Virus record (IMG/VR): IMGVR_UViG_3300024345_000775
Coordinates: 25,144-89,143 of that record
Reading direction: 5' to 3' (one strand)
DNA: 64,000 nucleotides
Source of the DNA: a virus
Lineage: Duplodnaviria; Heunggongvirae; Uroviricota; Caudoviricetes
Below are positions 1 to 10,660 of this stretch, one piece after another; position 1 is the first letter of the stretch, and the number at the start of each line of letters is the position of its first letter. The translations under genes were made by a program, and so were the position numbers. Below the pieces are notes generated by a model. That model saw only the letters and a program-made list of their open reading frames with translations, ran no database searches and was not told the DNA's origin.

Positions 1-331
1 CATTGAATGCAGGATTTGCAACAGCAAGAAGTTGTTTAAGAGTATAAAGCATCTGAAGGTTTGGTGAAGGATTAACAATATCACCTACAGAAGTCTTGCT
101 AATTACAGGTTGGTCTGCATTAGCATCTGGCTCAAAGTAAGTTTTAACAAACTGACCTTCACTATTAGAGAATTTAATTCTCAACAGTTTGTAAGTATTT
201 CCATTATTTGTACTAGTGACATCAGTAGATTCAACACCTTCAAATATCACAGTATGAATTTTATTACCCTCTAATGGAGCAGGGGCATTGGTTGGTTTAA
301 TACCAGCTACAGAATTAAAACTAAATACCAT
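1..331 (-). CDS. hypothetical protein, N-terminal portion only (gene continues beyond window start)
   Basis: Minus-strand ATG at 331-329, open frame to position 1 (MVFSFNSVAGIKPTNAPAPLEG...). Not in ORF track because no stop inside window. Confidence 0.35.
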   Translation of the reverse strand, partial: MVFSFNSVAGIKPTNAPAPLEGNKIHTVIFEGVESTDVTSTNNGNTYKLLRIKFSNSEGQFVKTYFEPDANADQPVISKTSVGDIVNPSPNLQMLYTLKQLLAVANPAFN

Positions 332-350
332 ATAAATCAAAAGCTTTTAA

Positions 351-1049
351 TTAGTCACCCAGATTATATTTGTCAATACTCTTAACAATATAATCCATAT
401 CATTATCTATCAGCATATCATCAAAACATCCAAGAGGGGTCTTGGCAGTAGTAGTACCATCAGACTGGGTGATAAGCTTATAACTGGGCATACCAGTTGA
501 TTCATCTTTGCCAATTGTTGTGTAAAATACATAGGTGAACAAGCCTTCAAGAGTAACCATGTTATCAAGCATTTTTCCAACGGTCTTCATCTTGTAAGAT
601 GGAGCTTCTGGAGTACCAATGTTTTCAGCATGAGTTAAAATGAAGATTTTGAGGTCATCTCTCATCTTTCTTGCCCTATCAATTACCTTATAGAAATGAG
701 AAGCAATCTGAACAAATTTGTCATAAGATTTCTCTTGACTTCTATCCATAGCTTCAAATGCCATAAGATATTGAGTGTCTTCCAATACAACAACTTTAAT
801 ATCTTTTCTTTGCTTGTCTACATATTGTAACAAGGTATCAATTTCATCCACATTAGATGTGTTATGAATGTTACCTACAAGCTGTCCATTTTCATTCTTT
901 TTCAAGAATGGATATTTAGTTTTCCACCCCTTAAAAGGAAGTGGCTTACCAGCTACATTGATAATAAATGTGCTAGTAGGGTCAAGTGTTCTAATTGAAC
1001 TAGACTTACCTGACCCAGAGTTTCCTACAATTGCAATTAACTCTGCCAT
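351..1049 (-). CDS. P-loop ATPase, AAA_24 / Sak4-like phage replication-recombination ATPase
   Basis: N-terminal Walker A IAIVGNSGSGKSS, ~230 aa, sits directly next to a DnaB-like helicase as in many phage replication modules. Confidence 0.55.
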   Translation of the reverse strand: MAELIAIVGNSGSGKSSSIRTLDPTSTFIINVAGKPLPFKGWKTKYPFLKKNENGQLVGNIHNTSNVDEIDTLLQYVDKQRKDIKVVVLEDTQYLMAFEAMDRSQEKSYDKFVQIASHFYKVIDRARKMRDDLKIFILTHAENIGTPEAPSYKMKTVGKMLDNMVTLEGLFTYVFYTTIGKDESTGMPSYKLITQSDGTTTAKTPLGCFDDMLIDNDMDYIVKSIDKYNLGD

Positions 1050-1052
1050 GTA

Positions 1053-2096
1053 TTATAAATTTTTATATTGTTCATATAGCTCTGGATGTTCTTGCAGTTC
1101 AGATGGAGATGGAAGTTGTTTCCATAATCCAGTCTCACCATAAAAAGCAGTACCCATTGCAACATCAGCAATACCAAATCTTTGTTTTAGCAGTAGTAAC
1201 ATTCTAGCTCTGTCAGCATTATCTCCAAGTTGCATGAAGTCATATCCGCAGCATCTGAGATTTCTTTCCCTTGCAGGGTGATAAATAGCTATCACAATCT
1301 CTGCTGCTTGAGCTGTACTAGAAGTGTCTGAGAAGTCTTCCATTGAAACTAAGTTCCATTGACTTTTTCTTCTCTCAATACTCTTGAAATTTCTATTTAA
1401 CTGCTGAACTAATGCCCAAGAAGACTTAGTTAAGTTCTTAGCCTCCATTGCAACTTGAGATAGTTCATCTATCTCTTGTTTGTCAGTGTGTCCAGAAGCT
1501 TTAGCAAGTAATTTAACATGGTCAACTACTACCACCATGAACTGTTTAGGGTTATTAGGTATATACACTGTATTAACCCCATCAGTCTCATACTTACCAA
1601 ATCTCTCACTCCAAGCTTTGAATGCAGTTCCAACTTGTTGTGCAGTTAATTGTTTCTCAATAATTGTACACTTTTTCTCTAGTTCTAGTAACCATTCTTT
1701 AGAAGCTTCTACATATTGTAAATCTTCATCAGAAATAGTTTCATTAAGAGATAGAATTGTAGAATAAGGAATTACCTTATGATATGTCTCATGAATATAA
1801 AGGGATAAGAGTTTGGCTAAGAGTACTTCTTTACTCATCTCAAAAGAAAAAAGTAAGAAGTTAACATCTAAGCTAGCATCATTCTTCTTATTTCTAAGAT
1901 AATGCATAAATGGGGTATACACGCTTGTATATAACATCAAAGTAGTTTTACCACTACCTGAATCACCTCCATAAAGAGTTAGCCATCCTCTTTGTATACC
2001 ATAAGTATACTTATCAAGCTTTGGTAAACCTGAAGGTAAACCTATGTTCATACCTTCTTTACCCCTTCTAATGCTATTGAATAGTTCTTCTATCAT
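1053..2096 (-). CDS. DnaB-like replicative helicase (RecA-fold C-terminal domain)
   Basis: Walker A LYGGDSGSGKTTLML, Walker B-like VVVVDHV, overall DnaB C-terminal domain architecture. Confidence 0.6.
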   Translation of the reverse strand: MIEELFNSIRRGKEGMNIGLPSGLPKLDKYTYGIQRGWLTLYGGDSGSGKTTLMLYTSVYTPFMHYLRNKKNDASLDVNFLLFSFEMSKEVLLAKLLSLYIHETYHKVIPYSTILSLNETISDEDLQYVEASKEWLLELEKKCTIIEKQLTAQQVGTAFKAWSERFGKYETDGVNTVYIPNNPKQFMVVVVDHVKLLAKASGHTDKQEIDELSQVAMEAKNLTKSSWALVQQLNRNFKSIERRKSQWNLVSMEDFSDTSSTAQAAEIVIAIYHPARERNLRCCGYDFMQLGDNADRARMLLLLKQRFGIADVAMGTAFYGETGLWKQLPSPSELQEHPELYEQYKNL

Positions 2097-2716
2097 ATAA
2101 CTTTAAAGGGATTATAGTCTTCCAAAGAGTCTTCACCAACCTCTTTTGTTTCTCTTATCTGCTCAAGTTCTCTCCATTTCATAGAGATTACAAATTCACA
2201 GATACCATAAGAAATTTCATTATTCTCTATTGCCCACTGTAAAATATCCAGTACTTTTTGATGTACTTCTGGGTTGAATTTAATACTTTTACCATAGGCA
2301 AAGCAAAACTCATCCATACTCTTAAAGTGCTTAGCTATATTCTTTGCAGAATATCTAGTTGCATCAGAACCTAGGAATGTGGGATATAGATTAAATATAT
2401 CCATTCCCATATCCCAGGAGTGCATGTTATAGTTTCTTTTGAACAGTTGTCCAAATTCAACATCTACTGGATTAAATACAGCATTTTTTGTAGGAATTTT
2501 ATAGGACTTCAGGATTACTCCTTTATCCTGTAGACTTTGTAGTATATCTACTAAGTCAAGTGTCAAATGGCATTCATTAAAGTATTTTGTGATATACTCA
2601 TCATGACCATTTTGTGCATAATATATGAGCTTAATAACAAATAATTCATCTGCTGTAAGCCCATATGCAAGCATGAAATCAATTTCTCTATCTACACTTA
2701 AATCAAAATATGCCAT
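2093..2716 (-). CDS. hypothetical protein (replication module)
   Basis: 207-aa ORF, stop/start overlap with flanking genes (operonic). Confidence 0.4.
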   Translation of the reverse strand: MAYFDLSVDREIDFMLAYGLTADELFVIKLIYYAQNGHDEYITKYFNECHLTLDLVDILQSLQDKGVILKSYKIPTKNAVFNPVDVEFGQLFKRNYNMHSWDMGMDIFNLYPTFLGSDATRYSAKNIAKHFKSMDEFCFAYGKSIKFNPEVHQKVLDILQWAIENNEISYGICEFVISMKWRELEQIRETKEVGEDSLEDYNPFKVI

Positions 2717-2727
2717 ACTTAATAGAG

Positions 2728-3981
2728 TTATGCACTGAAATTATGCCTAACTTTACTTTGCACTTTTAGAGTTTTTTGTATAGACTGAGGGTCATTCAGT
2801 ACTTGCTGTAATTCTTCCTCATTGAGTTCATAGTATTCTGCTCCTTCATTAGCATTTTGCCACCATTTATCCTCTACAGTATTTTTTAATACTAACCAGT
2901 ATACTTCAGCTATTTTACCTTCATAAGCTCTTGATACCCTGCCTTTTCTTTGTGTAGCAGTATGTTTAGAGGAATTAAAACCAGTAATAATAGCTAAATC
3001 AGCAGCTTCTACATTGAACCCTTCATCAAGCATTTTGGCACTATGTATAATAGCACCACCTTCTGCTTCAGAGAACTGTTTTATCAGTTCATCATTTTGT
3101 TTTTTGGAATTGTTAGAATGAACTACAATTCCATTGCCATAAGCTTGGCATTGTGCAATACTTCCATTGAAAGTAATTGCTTTAGCTTGAGGTCTAGCAG
3201 CAAGTATCTGTTTTGCAACCTCAATCTTATGTGGATGATTTGCTATAAAAGACTTTCTGAACTGGAGGGCATGATTGAATCCATATGTACACTGTCTAAC
3301 TTCTTTTAATTCAAAGTTATTATCATGTGCATATGTGATTTGGTTTCTCCAATCAGAGACTAAACTCATTGCTAAATTGAAATCATATCCGAACATAGCA
3401 AAGCAGCTCATAAATTGTCTGTTTGCAGCTTCATAATCTTTCAAATCTACATCAAGAATAACTTTGTATACTCTACAAGGAGATACCCAGCCATTCTTTT
3501 CTGCTTCTTGATAGGTAATGATGTCACAAACAGGACAATATTTATCAACTACTTCTTTCTCTAAGCCATCTAATCTTTCATAAGTAGCTGTTAATCCTAG
3601 AATTAACCTTGGTTTACTTGTTAAGAAAACCTTCCTAAAAGATGGTGAAGAATAATGATGTAACTCATCTAAAACTAGAAAATCACAATCAAATTTCTTC
3701 TTAGCCGCAGTATTGGCAATCTTTATATTTAAAGATAAACCCATTTTTTCTGCTGCTTCTTTCCATTGTTCTTTAAGTACCTTAGTTGGTACTACCACAA
3801 CAACTTTTCCAGTAGGATTCTTTTCTAGGAATTTTTGTACAGCTGTTAATGCAGTCCTTGTTTTACCAACTCCTACACCATAACATAGAGTTCCTCTGAA
3901 ATTAGCATCTGCCCATTTTTGCAATCCAAGCATTTGCCTTTCAGTTCTAGTCATTTTCAAATCATTGTTATCTGTTCCCAA
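2728..3981 (-). CDS. superfamily 2 DEAH-box helicase
   Basis: Motif I GVGVGKT, motif II LVLDELHH, C-terminal helicase motifs (TATQRKGRVSR). Confidence 0.65.
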   Translation of the reverse strand: MGTDNNDLKMTRTERQMLGLQKWADANFRGTLCYGVGVGKTRTALTAVQKFLEKNPTGKVVVVVPTKVLKEQWKEAAEKMGLSLNIKIANTAAKKKFDCDFLVLDELHHYSSPSFRKVFLTSKPRLILGLTATYERLDGLEKEVVDKYCPVCDIITYQEAEKNGWVSPCRVYKVILDVDLKDYEAANRQFMSCFAMFGYDFNLAMSLVSDWRNQITYAHDNNFELKEVRQCTYGFNHALQFRKSFIANHPHKIEVAKQILAARPQAKAITFNGSIAQCQAYGNGIVVHSNNSKKQNDELIKQFSEAEGGAIIHSAKMLDEGFNVEAADLAIITGFNSSKHTATQRKGRVSRAYEGKIAEVYWLVLKNTVEDKWWQNANEGAEYYELNEEELQQVLNDPQSIQKTLKVQSKVRHNFSA

Positions 3982-4838
3982 ATTTGGGAGTGCATAGCAG
4001 TCATTTCTTCCATTAAAGGTTCTGCTAATGCTTTAGCATCAGGATGTGGTGCTCCAGTTGAACCAAGTGCTCTTAACTCAAAGAAGTGATTCCAATCATT
4101 AAAAGAAGTACACATGGCTGTAACTGTCTTAGTACACAATGGTAAAATTTCTCTTGCTTCTTGTGGAAGCATATTTCTACCAATCATGTTCATATATTCA
4201 TACTCTAATTCAGCACATTTACCTTTTAGAGCATTTCTAGGAGCAGCCATACCTGGTTTCTTAAACCACTCTGGATTGATGAAAGTTATTTCATTACCAA
4301 ATTTGTCCTTTGAGAAATTACAATATCTTGTAGATTGTTGAGCATGTGCTGCTAATCTATGTCTACAAAATTCTCTTGCCACACCTTCACTACATGTAAA
4401 AATTACAGTATAGTAAATACTATGGTTCTTTGTTGGTTCAGACATGAATTGTAAATCTTCTGTCCAACCATTTTCCACAAGTACTCTGTAATTAGTAGTT
4501 ATATCAATTTGTAAGAAAGTCTTACCTTCATAAGCATGAAAAGTAGAGTACTTATTATTTTTGTATCTTGCAGTAAGAATATTGTAAGTATCCCATATAG
4601 AATCTGTTGGTTCACTATCTTTAGGTTTACTACACCTATAATGTAAATAACAGACTCCAAATTCAAGTGGACTGAGATGGTTAGATTTGATAAGTCTTTC
4701 AGTAAATTGTCTAGCAGTTACACCTTCTTTAGGCTCACTTGCATAACAAATTCTTCCAGCCCTTTCAATATTCTCAAACATTGCATCTTCTCCCCATTCA
4801 GGCTTGATTAACTGATAGGAAGAATCAATCCACTGCAT
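3957..4838 (-). CDS. thyX: flavin-dependent thymidylate synthase ThyX
   Basis: ThyX signature RHR-x7-S present as RHRLAAHAQQS; size ~290 aa typical. Confidence 0.85.
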   Translation of the reverse strand: MQWIDSSYQLIKPEWGEDAMFENIERAGRICYASEPKEGVTARQFTERLIKSNHLSPLEFGVCYLHYRCSKPKDSEPTDSIWDTYNILTARYKNNKYSTFHAYEGKTFLQIDITTNYRVLVENGWTEDLQFMSEPTKNHSIYYTVIFTCSEGVAREFCRHRLAAHAQQSTRYCNFSKDKFGNEITFINPEWFKKPGMAAPRNALKGKCAELEYEYMNMIGRNMLPQEAREILPLCTKTVTAMCTSFNDWNHFFELRALGSTGAPHPDAKALAEPLMEEMTAMHSQIWEQITMI

Positions 4839-5262
4839 CCTCTATAACGGCTTTTTTAAGTTCATGCCTATACAGAGGAATAGGTTTGCCAGCACCTCTG
4901 AACTTTACAGAAACAGAAGTATCCCCAAACCAACCACTGGTTCCATCTACACAAGGACCAACAGTTTCAACAATACCAGATTTGTCCTGATATACACCAT
5001 TGTTCCAATGATTCCAAGTGATTTTCTTGCCAACAAGGGCAGCTCTAAGAGCACCTAAAGTCCAACCAATATTTCTACCAGTAACTTCAGGAGTTCTTCT
5101 ACCAGCTTCTATTACTCTAGTAGCAGGTATTTGAGGTCTTACCTCAGGACTAGAAGATGTTACAGTAAACATATCCTGTCCTTTTTGTGTTTTTTGACTT
5201 CTCTGATATGCCAGTAAGTCTTCAACACTATTAAATGTTATTTCAGTATATTTAACTTCCAT
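4825..5262 (-). CDS. hypothetical protein
   Basis: 145-aa ORF overlapping neighbours by a few nt. Confidence 0.4.
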   Translation of the reverse strand: MEVKYTEITFNSVEDLLAYQRSQKTQKGQDMFTVTSSSPEVRPQIPATRVIEAGRRTPEVTGRNIGWTLGALRAALVGKKITWNHWNNGVYQDKSGIVETVGPCVDGTSGWFGDTSVSVKFRGAGKPIPLYRHELKKAVIEDAVD

Positions 5263-5271
5263 TACAGTATA

Positions 5272-7356
5272 TCAAAACAATGATAACTGTCTAAGAGCAA
5301 ATGGAGCAATAATTTTATTAGCTTCATTTATATAATAAGAGTAGTTTATATCGTCTGGGAATTCTTGCACTTCTTCAAGGTTATTTACAATTTTTACACC
5401 AGAAGCAGATAACATACTAGAATAGTCATCTCTTCTTTCTCTTGGTGTACCTTTGTAAAAATATTTAATAACATGTACCTTATCTCCTGGATTTTCTTCC
5501 ATTAGAACTCTAACAGGAAGTTCCATCCTTTGACCAGTTGCTTTAACCTCTATTTCTGCATATTCCTCATCAACATAAACATTGTTTACTACACACTTAT
5601 ACAAATAATAGCCTTTTGTAGATACATAATATCTGTTAATTCTGTTGATTAACTTACCATTATATTCTACAGAAAATTTCTTATCAACTTTCTGATAAGT
5701 AATAAAATCATTTATATTCCTACATGCCCTTATTGTATCTCTAATAGGTATTCCATCAGATAAATAATCATTGATGGCTTTAGGTATAATCATTGGTTGC
5801 ATACCTTTACCTAGAGTGACAGTATCAATAAAAAGACCCTTCTTTTTCAAGAAGTCATCTTTTATTTGAGATAGTGATGTATACTGTTCACCTTTCTTAT
5901 TAAAGGCTTTTCCTTCTTCAAATTCTTTCTTCTTTTGAGCATAACCTTTACTAATACCCAAATAGTCATTGATGGCATATTGATAGAAAGCTTCAAATTC
6001 TTCTGTTTCAAGTGTAAGCTTGGTTATTTCTTCCCAACCTTTTAACACTTTATCCAAAAGAGGTCTCTTATCTTTATCAATTAAATAGAGTACACCATCA
6101 GTATTTAACTGAATGATAGTAGCTCCAATTGCAATCAATCTTTCTGCAAGCATTAACAAGAACAATTGTCCATTGATTCTTATTTTCATTACAGTTTCAG
6201 GAGAGTAAACCCAACTATACTCATTCTGAAGATTACCAGTAAGTCCATTTAAACTCAACTTTAAAGTCTCATTTTTAATCTTCTTACCAGTAGCTTTAGC
6301 TTCAAGTCTTTCTGTTCTTACATCACCATATATCTCTAGGAACTGCTTCCCAAGATGAGGCGGAACTAGACCATAACTAATAACAAGAGAAGGATATAGG
6401 GAATTAACATCACTATCTAGTAAATCTTGATTTTCATTTGGAATAATAACTTCTGGTTTATTCTTTGTATGAATACCACCAACACCAACTACAACTTCTA
6501 CATTTTGTAGTAAGAAATGTTTTTCATAACCCTTTCTGCCAGGACTGACAATTAAGGATTTCATTTCTTCTAGTAATTGTTGCAACACAGGAGTGTTAAA
6601 GTTAATAACTGGAAATATAACTTTACTTAAATCAATGGCATCACATGGACTTCTAAGGTCTTTAATATCATTCCAAGACTTGCCAGTCTTTTCAAGATAC
6701 TTAACCTTTAAAATTTCCATGCCAATAGACATACCATCCTTACTTAGAACATCAACTCCATATTCTTCTTCAATACCAAGTCTAAGTTCAATCTGTTTTT
6801 TACATCTATAGAGAAGTTCTTCAGTACTCAATACATCATTGATATTATACTGAATCATATTATCTATATCTGTTACAGGAATTGGTTTTCTAAAGTCACC
6901 ATCATACTCTTGTACATTTTTATACTGCATTGTGACCTGCATTTCCTTCAAACCTACTCTTAATTTTTGAGAAAAGAGCATAGTTAAAAGGTCAAGAGTA
7001 CTAAAGTTTTTAGCATATTTCCACTTTTTCCAAGAATCAAAGTCATCTGTACCAATAATGGTGTTACTTAGATTAAATAAACTTTGACAAATCCTACTAT
7101 ATCCTAAGTTGGAAAGTGTGATTCTATAATCGAGGATATAGTTTATAATAGGGTTATCATAATGGATACAGTTATATCCACACATCAGATACTTAGTTCT
7201 CCAGAAGAACTGAATCAATTCTTTTATCTGATTTTTTCTTTCAGATATTTCAAATTTAAATATTTCTCCTGTTTCTGTATCCTTTACTACACAATGAAAA
7301 CAATTAGAAAAGACCTCAATATCATATACTGCTACTGGCTTTCCTTTTATTATCAT
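5272..7356 (-). CDS. family B DNA polymerase with N-terminal 3'-5' exonuclease
   Basis: Exo I motif YDIEVFSN; PolB motif A DVNSLYPSL; motif C-like LNTDGVLY; 694 aa. Confidence 0.8.
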   Translation of the reverse strand: MIIKGKPVAVYDIEVFSNCFHCVVKDTETGEIFKFEISERKNQIKELIQFFWRTKYLMCGYNCIHYDNPIINYILDYRITLSNLGYSRICQSLFNLSNTIIGTDDFDSWKKWKYAKNFSTLDLLTMLFSQKLRVGLKEMQVTMQYKNVQEYDGDFRKPIPVTDIDNMIQYNINDVLSTEELLYRCKKQIELRLGIEEEYGVDVLSKDGMSIGMEILKVKYLEKTGKSWNDIKDLRSPCDAIDLSKVIFPVINFNTPVLQQLLEEMKSLIVSPGRKGYEKHFLLQNVEVVVGVGGIHTKNKPEVIIPNENQDLLDSDVNSLYPSLVISYGLVPPHLGKQFLEIYGDVRTERLEAKATGKKIKNETLKLSLNGLTGNLQNEYSWVYSPETVMKIRINGQLFLLMLAERLIAIGATIIQLNTDGVLYLIDKDKRPLLDKVLKGWEEITKLTLETEEFEAFYQYAINDYLGISKGYAQKKKEFEEGKAFNKKGEQYTSLSQIKDDFLKKKGLFIDTVTLGKGMQPMIIPKAINDYLSDGIPIRDTIRACRNINDFITYQKVDKKFSVEYNGKLINRINRYYVSTKGYYLYKCVVNNVYVDEEYAEIEVKATGQRMELPVRVLMEENPGDKVHVIKYFYKGTPRERRDDYSSMLSASGVKIVNNLEEVQEFPDDINYSYYINEANKIIAPFALRQLSLF

Positions 7357-8192
7357 AGTCCAGCTTGTAAATCATAACCCTTATACTGAGCAACTTCTTC
7401 AATTTGTTTCATTAGAAGCTTCCAAATCTTAGCATGTTTCTCTACAGTATCAATCAACAAATCAAGCACCTTTGTTCTCAATACAGTCAATTGAATAGTA
7501 TTCATCATGTAATAGGAAGGGTATCTCTTCTTCTTTAACTCAAACATTTCTGTTAATTGAGTTACGCTTAAACCAGAAGAAGAAAACTTGAGTGGAGTGT
7601 TTGGGTCAAGACCTATCCATTCCTTTACTCTTTCAAGTTTTGCTTTGTCATTCTTACCAACTTGTTCTTCTAATCTTTGCTCATCATCAAATGTATACCA
7701 TACACCCATATTAAATAAGAATGTAAAGGTTAAATGAGAATGGTCAAAGTTACCAAGATGATATAAACAAGCTAACTTAAGGTCTTCTATTGTAACATTC
7801 TTGAATTCTGCTGGAACACTAACAAAATGGGATACAAGTAATTCCTCACCTTCTTTGAGTTGCACTTCTTTAAGATAAGGATACATTCTAATATCTGCCA
7901 AAAGAGTAGAACTAGTGAATTTCTTCTCACCATTCTCATCTTCTAAGTCAAGATACCATCTTCTTAATCCCTCAGCATTACATTTAGCAAGCTGGTTTTT
8001 GAGTTGCTCCAAGACTAAAACTCTACCTGGATTCTTTCTTGAAGAGTTAAAAAGCATGTCTTTACAATGCTGATATGCTTTAAGGAGTTCCTCTTCATTC
8101 ATATCAATCATTCTGACAGTCTTCTGCTTTTCAGTTCTGTTTCCAGTTGGTCTTTCTAGCCTCCATATATAAGAGCTAAAATCATTTATCAT
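7353..8192 (-). CDS. hypothetical protein
   Basis: 279-aa ORF, 4-nt overlap with polymerase gene. Confidence 0.45.
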   Translation of the reverse strand: MINDFSSYIWRLERPTGNRTEKQKTVRMIDMNEEELLKAYQHCKDMLFNSSRKNPGRVLVLEQLKNQLAKCNAEGLRRWYLDLEDENGEKKFTSSTLLADIRMYPYLKEVQLKEGEELLVSHFVSVPAEFKNVTIEDLKLACLYHLGNFDHSHLTFTFLFNMGVWYTFDDEQRLEEQVGKNDKAKLERVKEWIGLDPNTPLKFSSSGLSVTQLTEMFELKKKRYPSYYMMNTIQLTVLRTKVLDLLIDTVEKHAKIWKLLMKQIEEVAQYKGYDLQAGL

Positions 8193-8482
8193 AATCTAAT
8201 TTCATCTAACTTTTCTTTAACAATTACAAAATCTATATAGAAAATATTGTCATGTTTGTATTTTTCTTCTTTGTTTAGTCTTGAATTGTAGAAAGGTTGA
8301 CCAGCAAGAACTTCCTCAAAAGTGAGATAGCCTTTAGTTCCTCTCTTAATTACTGTATCATCCCAATGCGGATTTTTAGTAACCATCAACAATTCACCAG
8401 TGTTTGTATTTTGAAAAACATACTTAGAATAAATGCCACAATTACATTCCAAACAAATCACTAAAGCTGTCTCTCTGTTCAT
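8189..8482 (-). CDS. hypothetical protein (Cys-rich N-terminus)
   Basis: 97-aa ORF, CLECNCGIYSKY motif. Confidence 0.35.
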   Translation of the reverse strand: MNRETALVICLECNCGIYSKYVFQNTNTGELLMVTKNPHWDDTVIKRGTKGYLTFEEVLAGQPFYNSRLNKEEKYKHDNIFYIDFVIVKEKLDEIRL

Positions 8483-8656
8483 GCTTAAATTTCTCTACCA
8501 CTAGAATCCTATGAGTTGGATGTTCTTTGAGATATTCAGCTTTTGTTTTTCTGTTGAAGTTTGTAGTATCAATTAGTACACCCTTCTCATTATAGACTTC
8601 ACATTCAAAGTAATCATTACTTATAGGCATAATTGTTTATGTTTATGCTAAGTAAT

Positions 8657-9184
8657 TTATAAAATACTGTCTATGATTCCTAACTCCAAAGCTTCCTCTG
8701 CATAGAGAAATCTGTCAGTGTTAGTTTCAATAAGTTCCAATAGTTTTTCTGAAGAGTAATTTGATATTAAGTTTTTGATATGAGTATTAGTTATTTCTAA
8801 ACTTTTATACTTATTTTTTATATCTATTGAACTACCTTCTGGATTCCAATGAATATCATGAACCATAAAAGTAGTTTTAGGAGTAGTATACCTTTCTCCT
8901 TTAGTACAGCTTAGAGCTATATAACAAGCCATGCTTTCAACTCTACCTGTACAATAAGCCTTCACAACTCTACCTTCTTTTTTGATTTGTTCTATTGTAT
9001 CAATAATAGCAAGAGAAACATCACAAGTTCCACCGCCACTGCAAATAAACAATGTAATACTCTCATTATCAGGTAGTTCTCTATGAAGACTAATCAATTT
9101 AAGGATTGCTTCTATTGCTTTTTCCTCATCAATTTCCTCTGGAATAACAACTAATCCTTTTTCTTTTAGTAATTCTTTAATCAT
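8657..9184 (-). CDS. ClpP-like serine protease (S14 family)
   Basis: Pattern LFICSGGGTCDVSLAIIDTI ... GRVESMACYI ... MVHDIHW resembles ClpP Ser/His/Asp region. Confidence 0.55.
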   Translation of the reverse strand: MIKELLKEKGLVVIPEEIDEEKAIEAILKLISLHRELPDNESITLFICSGGGTCDVSLAIIDTIEQIKKEGRVVKAYCTGRVESMACYIALSCTKGERYTTPKTTFMVHDIHWNPEGSSIDIKNKYKSLEITNTHIKNLISNYSSEKLLELIETNTDRFLYAEEALELGIIDSIL

Positions 9185-9222
9185 AGTGGAAGGGTGGAGT
9201 TATCAGCTCCACCAATCCTATA

Positions 9223-9588
9223 TTAACAACAGATGTTATCCAGGATGTACTGAATATGATTCTTCTCATGTCTTTGAGACTTCTTATATTTCTCAACAGC
9301 CTTCTGGAGTTCATCATGCAAGAGCAGATAATCCTTCAGTTGTGCAACTTGAGTCTTGAAGAAGTTCTTGGCCTGCATGAACATATATCTCTTTGCTCTG
9401 CTTTCTGCCAATCTCTTACCAGTAGTCTCATCATAGCAATCATTTGCATTCTGAACTGCTACACCTTTAGCAGTAAAGGTTGCTACAATTTTGTCACGAA
9501 CTACTACACCTGCATCAATAAGACAGGTAATGCATCTACCATCTCGGCTTTTAATGTACCTTGGTTCTGAATGAGTTATTTTAGCCAT
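9223..9588 (-). CDS. hypothetical protein
   Basis: 121-aa ORF. Confidence 0.4.
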   Translation of the reverse strand: MAKITHSEPRYIKSRDGRCITCLIDAGVVVRDKIVATFTAKGVAVQNANDCYDETTGKRLAESRAKRYMFMQAKNFFKTQVAQLKDYLLLHDELQKAVEKYKKSQRHEKNHIQYILDNICC

Positions 9589-9603
9589 AGTACTAAAAAT
9601 TTA

Positions 9604-10038
9604 TTAGTTAAACAACCAGTTAATAATTTTCTTTAAGAGGCCTTCTTTAGGAGCTTCTGTTTGAGCAGGTTTCTCTTCAAATACCTCTTTGTAAATCTCT
9701 TCTTCTTTCTTTGCAACTTCCTCACTAACAGGAGTGGGGTCTGCTACTTGCTCAGGAACAGCTTCAGCGAGATGTTCTATAGCAGGAGTCTCAGGAGTTG
9801 GAACAGGTTCTGGTTCTGGCTCTTGTACAGTTGTAGGCTCTACAACAGGCTCTTCCTTAACTTGTTCTTTCTCTTGTTTCTGTAACTCTCTAAATTTACT
9901 CTTTACTGCCTCAACTGTTCTAGTTGGGTCTTCTTCAATAAATTTGAGAGCAATTTCTCTAACACTCATGTTAGGATTCTCTGCAATCAGTTTCTGAAGA
10001 TGCTCTTTTTGAGCATCAGTCCATTTAGTTGTCATCAT
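9604..10038 (-). CDS. acidic Glu/Pro-rich protein
   Basis: 144 aa, EPxP repeats, low complexity; antisense ORFs in the track are artefacts of this repeat. Confidence 0.4.
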   Translation of the reverse strand: MMTTKWTDAQKEHLQKLIAENPNMSVREIALKFIEEDPTRTVEAVKSKFRELQKQEKEQVKEEPVVEPTTVQEPEPEPVPTPETPAIEHLAEAVPEQVADPTPVSEEVAKKEEEIYKEVFEEKPAQTEAPKEGLLKKIINWLFN

Positions 10039-10039
10039 A

Positions 10040-10660
10040 TTAAATTATCTTTATAATTATGTGTGTCCATTGATTCAGACCACCATATGGGCAGTCCATT
10101 AAGACAATTGATTCCTGGTCAAGAGCATTTCTAAAGTATTCTTCACATTCCTCATCTGTTTTATTATCTAAAACACCATCAGAAATATTTGAATAATAGT
10201 ACTTTGTTGTCCATGCATCTTTCCAGAAAAAAGGATTACCTACTGTTGGCTTTATATTGATTTGAAGGTCAGGCATATCTTTCAGATATTTCTCACAAAG
10301 AGTAATAAATAACTTTACCCTATGTTCCTTCATCATCTCAGCAAGTGGCTTATCATATGTATTTATATCAGATATAAACAATCCCCATAATACATTGAGT
10401 TTACTTACAAGACTTCTTGCAACAGTAACTAAATAATCTCTTTCACTTTCTCCATCATCAGGGAAATCTACAGTATCCCCCAATTTCAATATATGGGTTT
10501 TCTCAAACTCTTCCTGTTCTTCTGCCCACTCACTTGAACTCTCAGAAGATTCATATTCATCTAGAATAGTCTGAAGAATTATATCATGAGCTTTACCAAC
10601 AGAAAGAGAATGAGAACTACTGGAATTAGTTTCCCAGACACCTATCCTAATTTGTTTCAT
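10040..10660 (-). CDS. TNSSS-motif family protein, subfamily A (paralog 1)
   Basis: N-terminus IRIGVWETNSSSSHSLS shared with 10660-11127 and 13335-13775. Confidence 0.5.
   Translation of the reverse strand: MKQIRIGVWETNSSSSHSLSVGKAHDIILQTILDEYESSESSSEWAEEQEEFEKTHILKLGDTVDFPDDGESERDYLVTVARSLVSKLNVLWGLFISDINTYDKPLAEMMKEHRVKLFITLCEKYLKDMPDLQINIKPTVGNPFFWKDAWTTKYYYSNISDGVLDNKTDEECEEYFRNALDQESIVLMDCPYGGLNQWTHIIIKII

Noticed and set aside
8657-9184. ClpP-like protein as prohead maturation protease of a structural module
   Set aside because: It sits inside the replication gene block with no recognisable portal, capsid or scaffold genes nearby; function left open.
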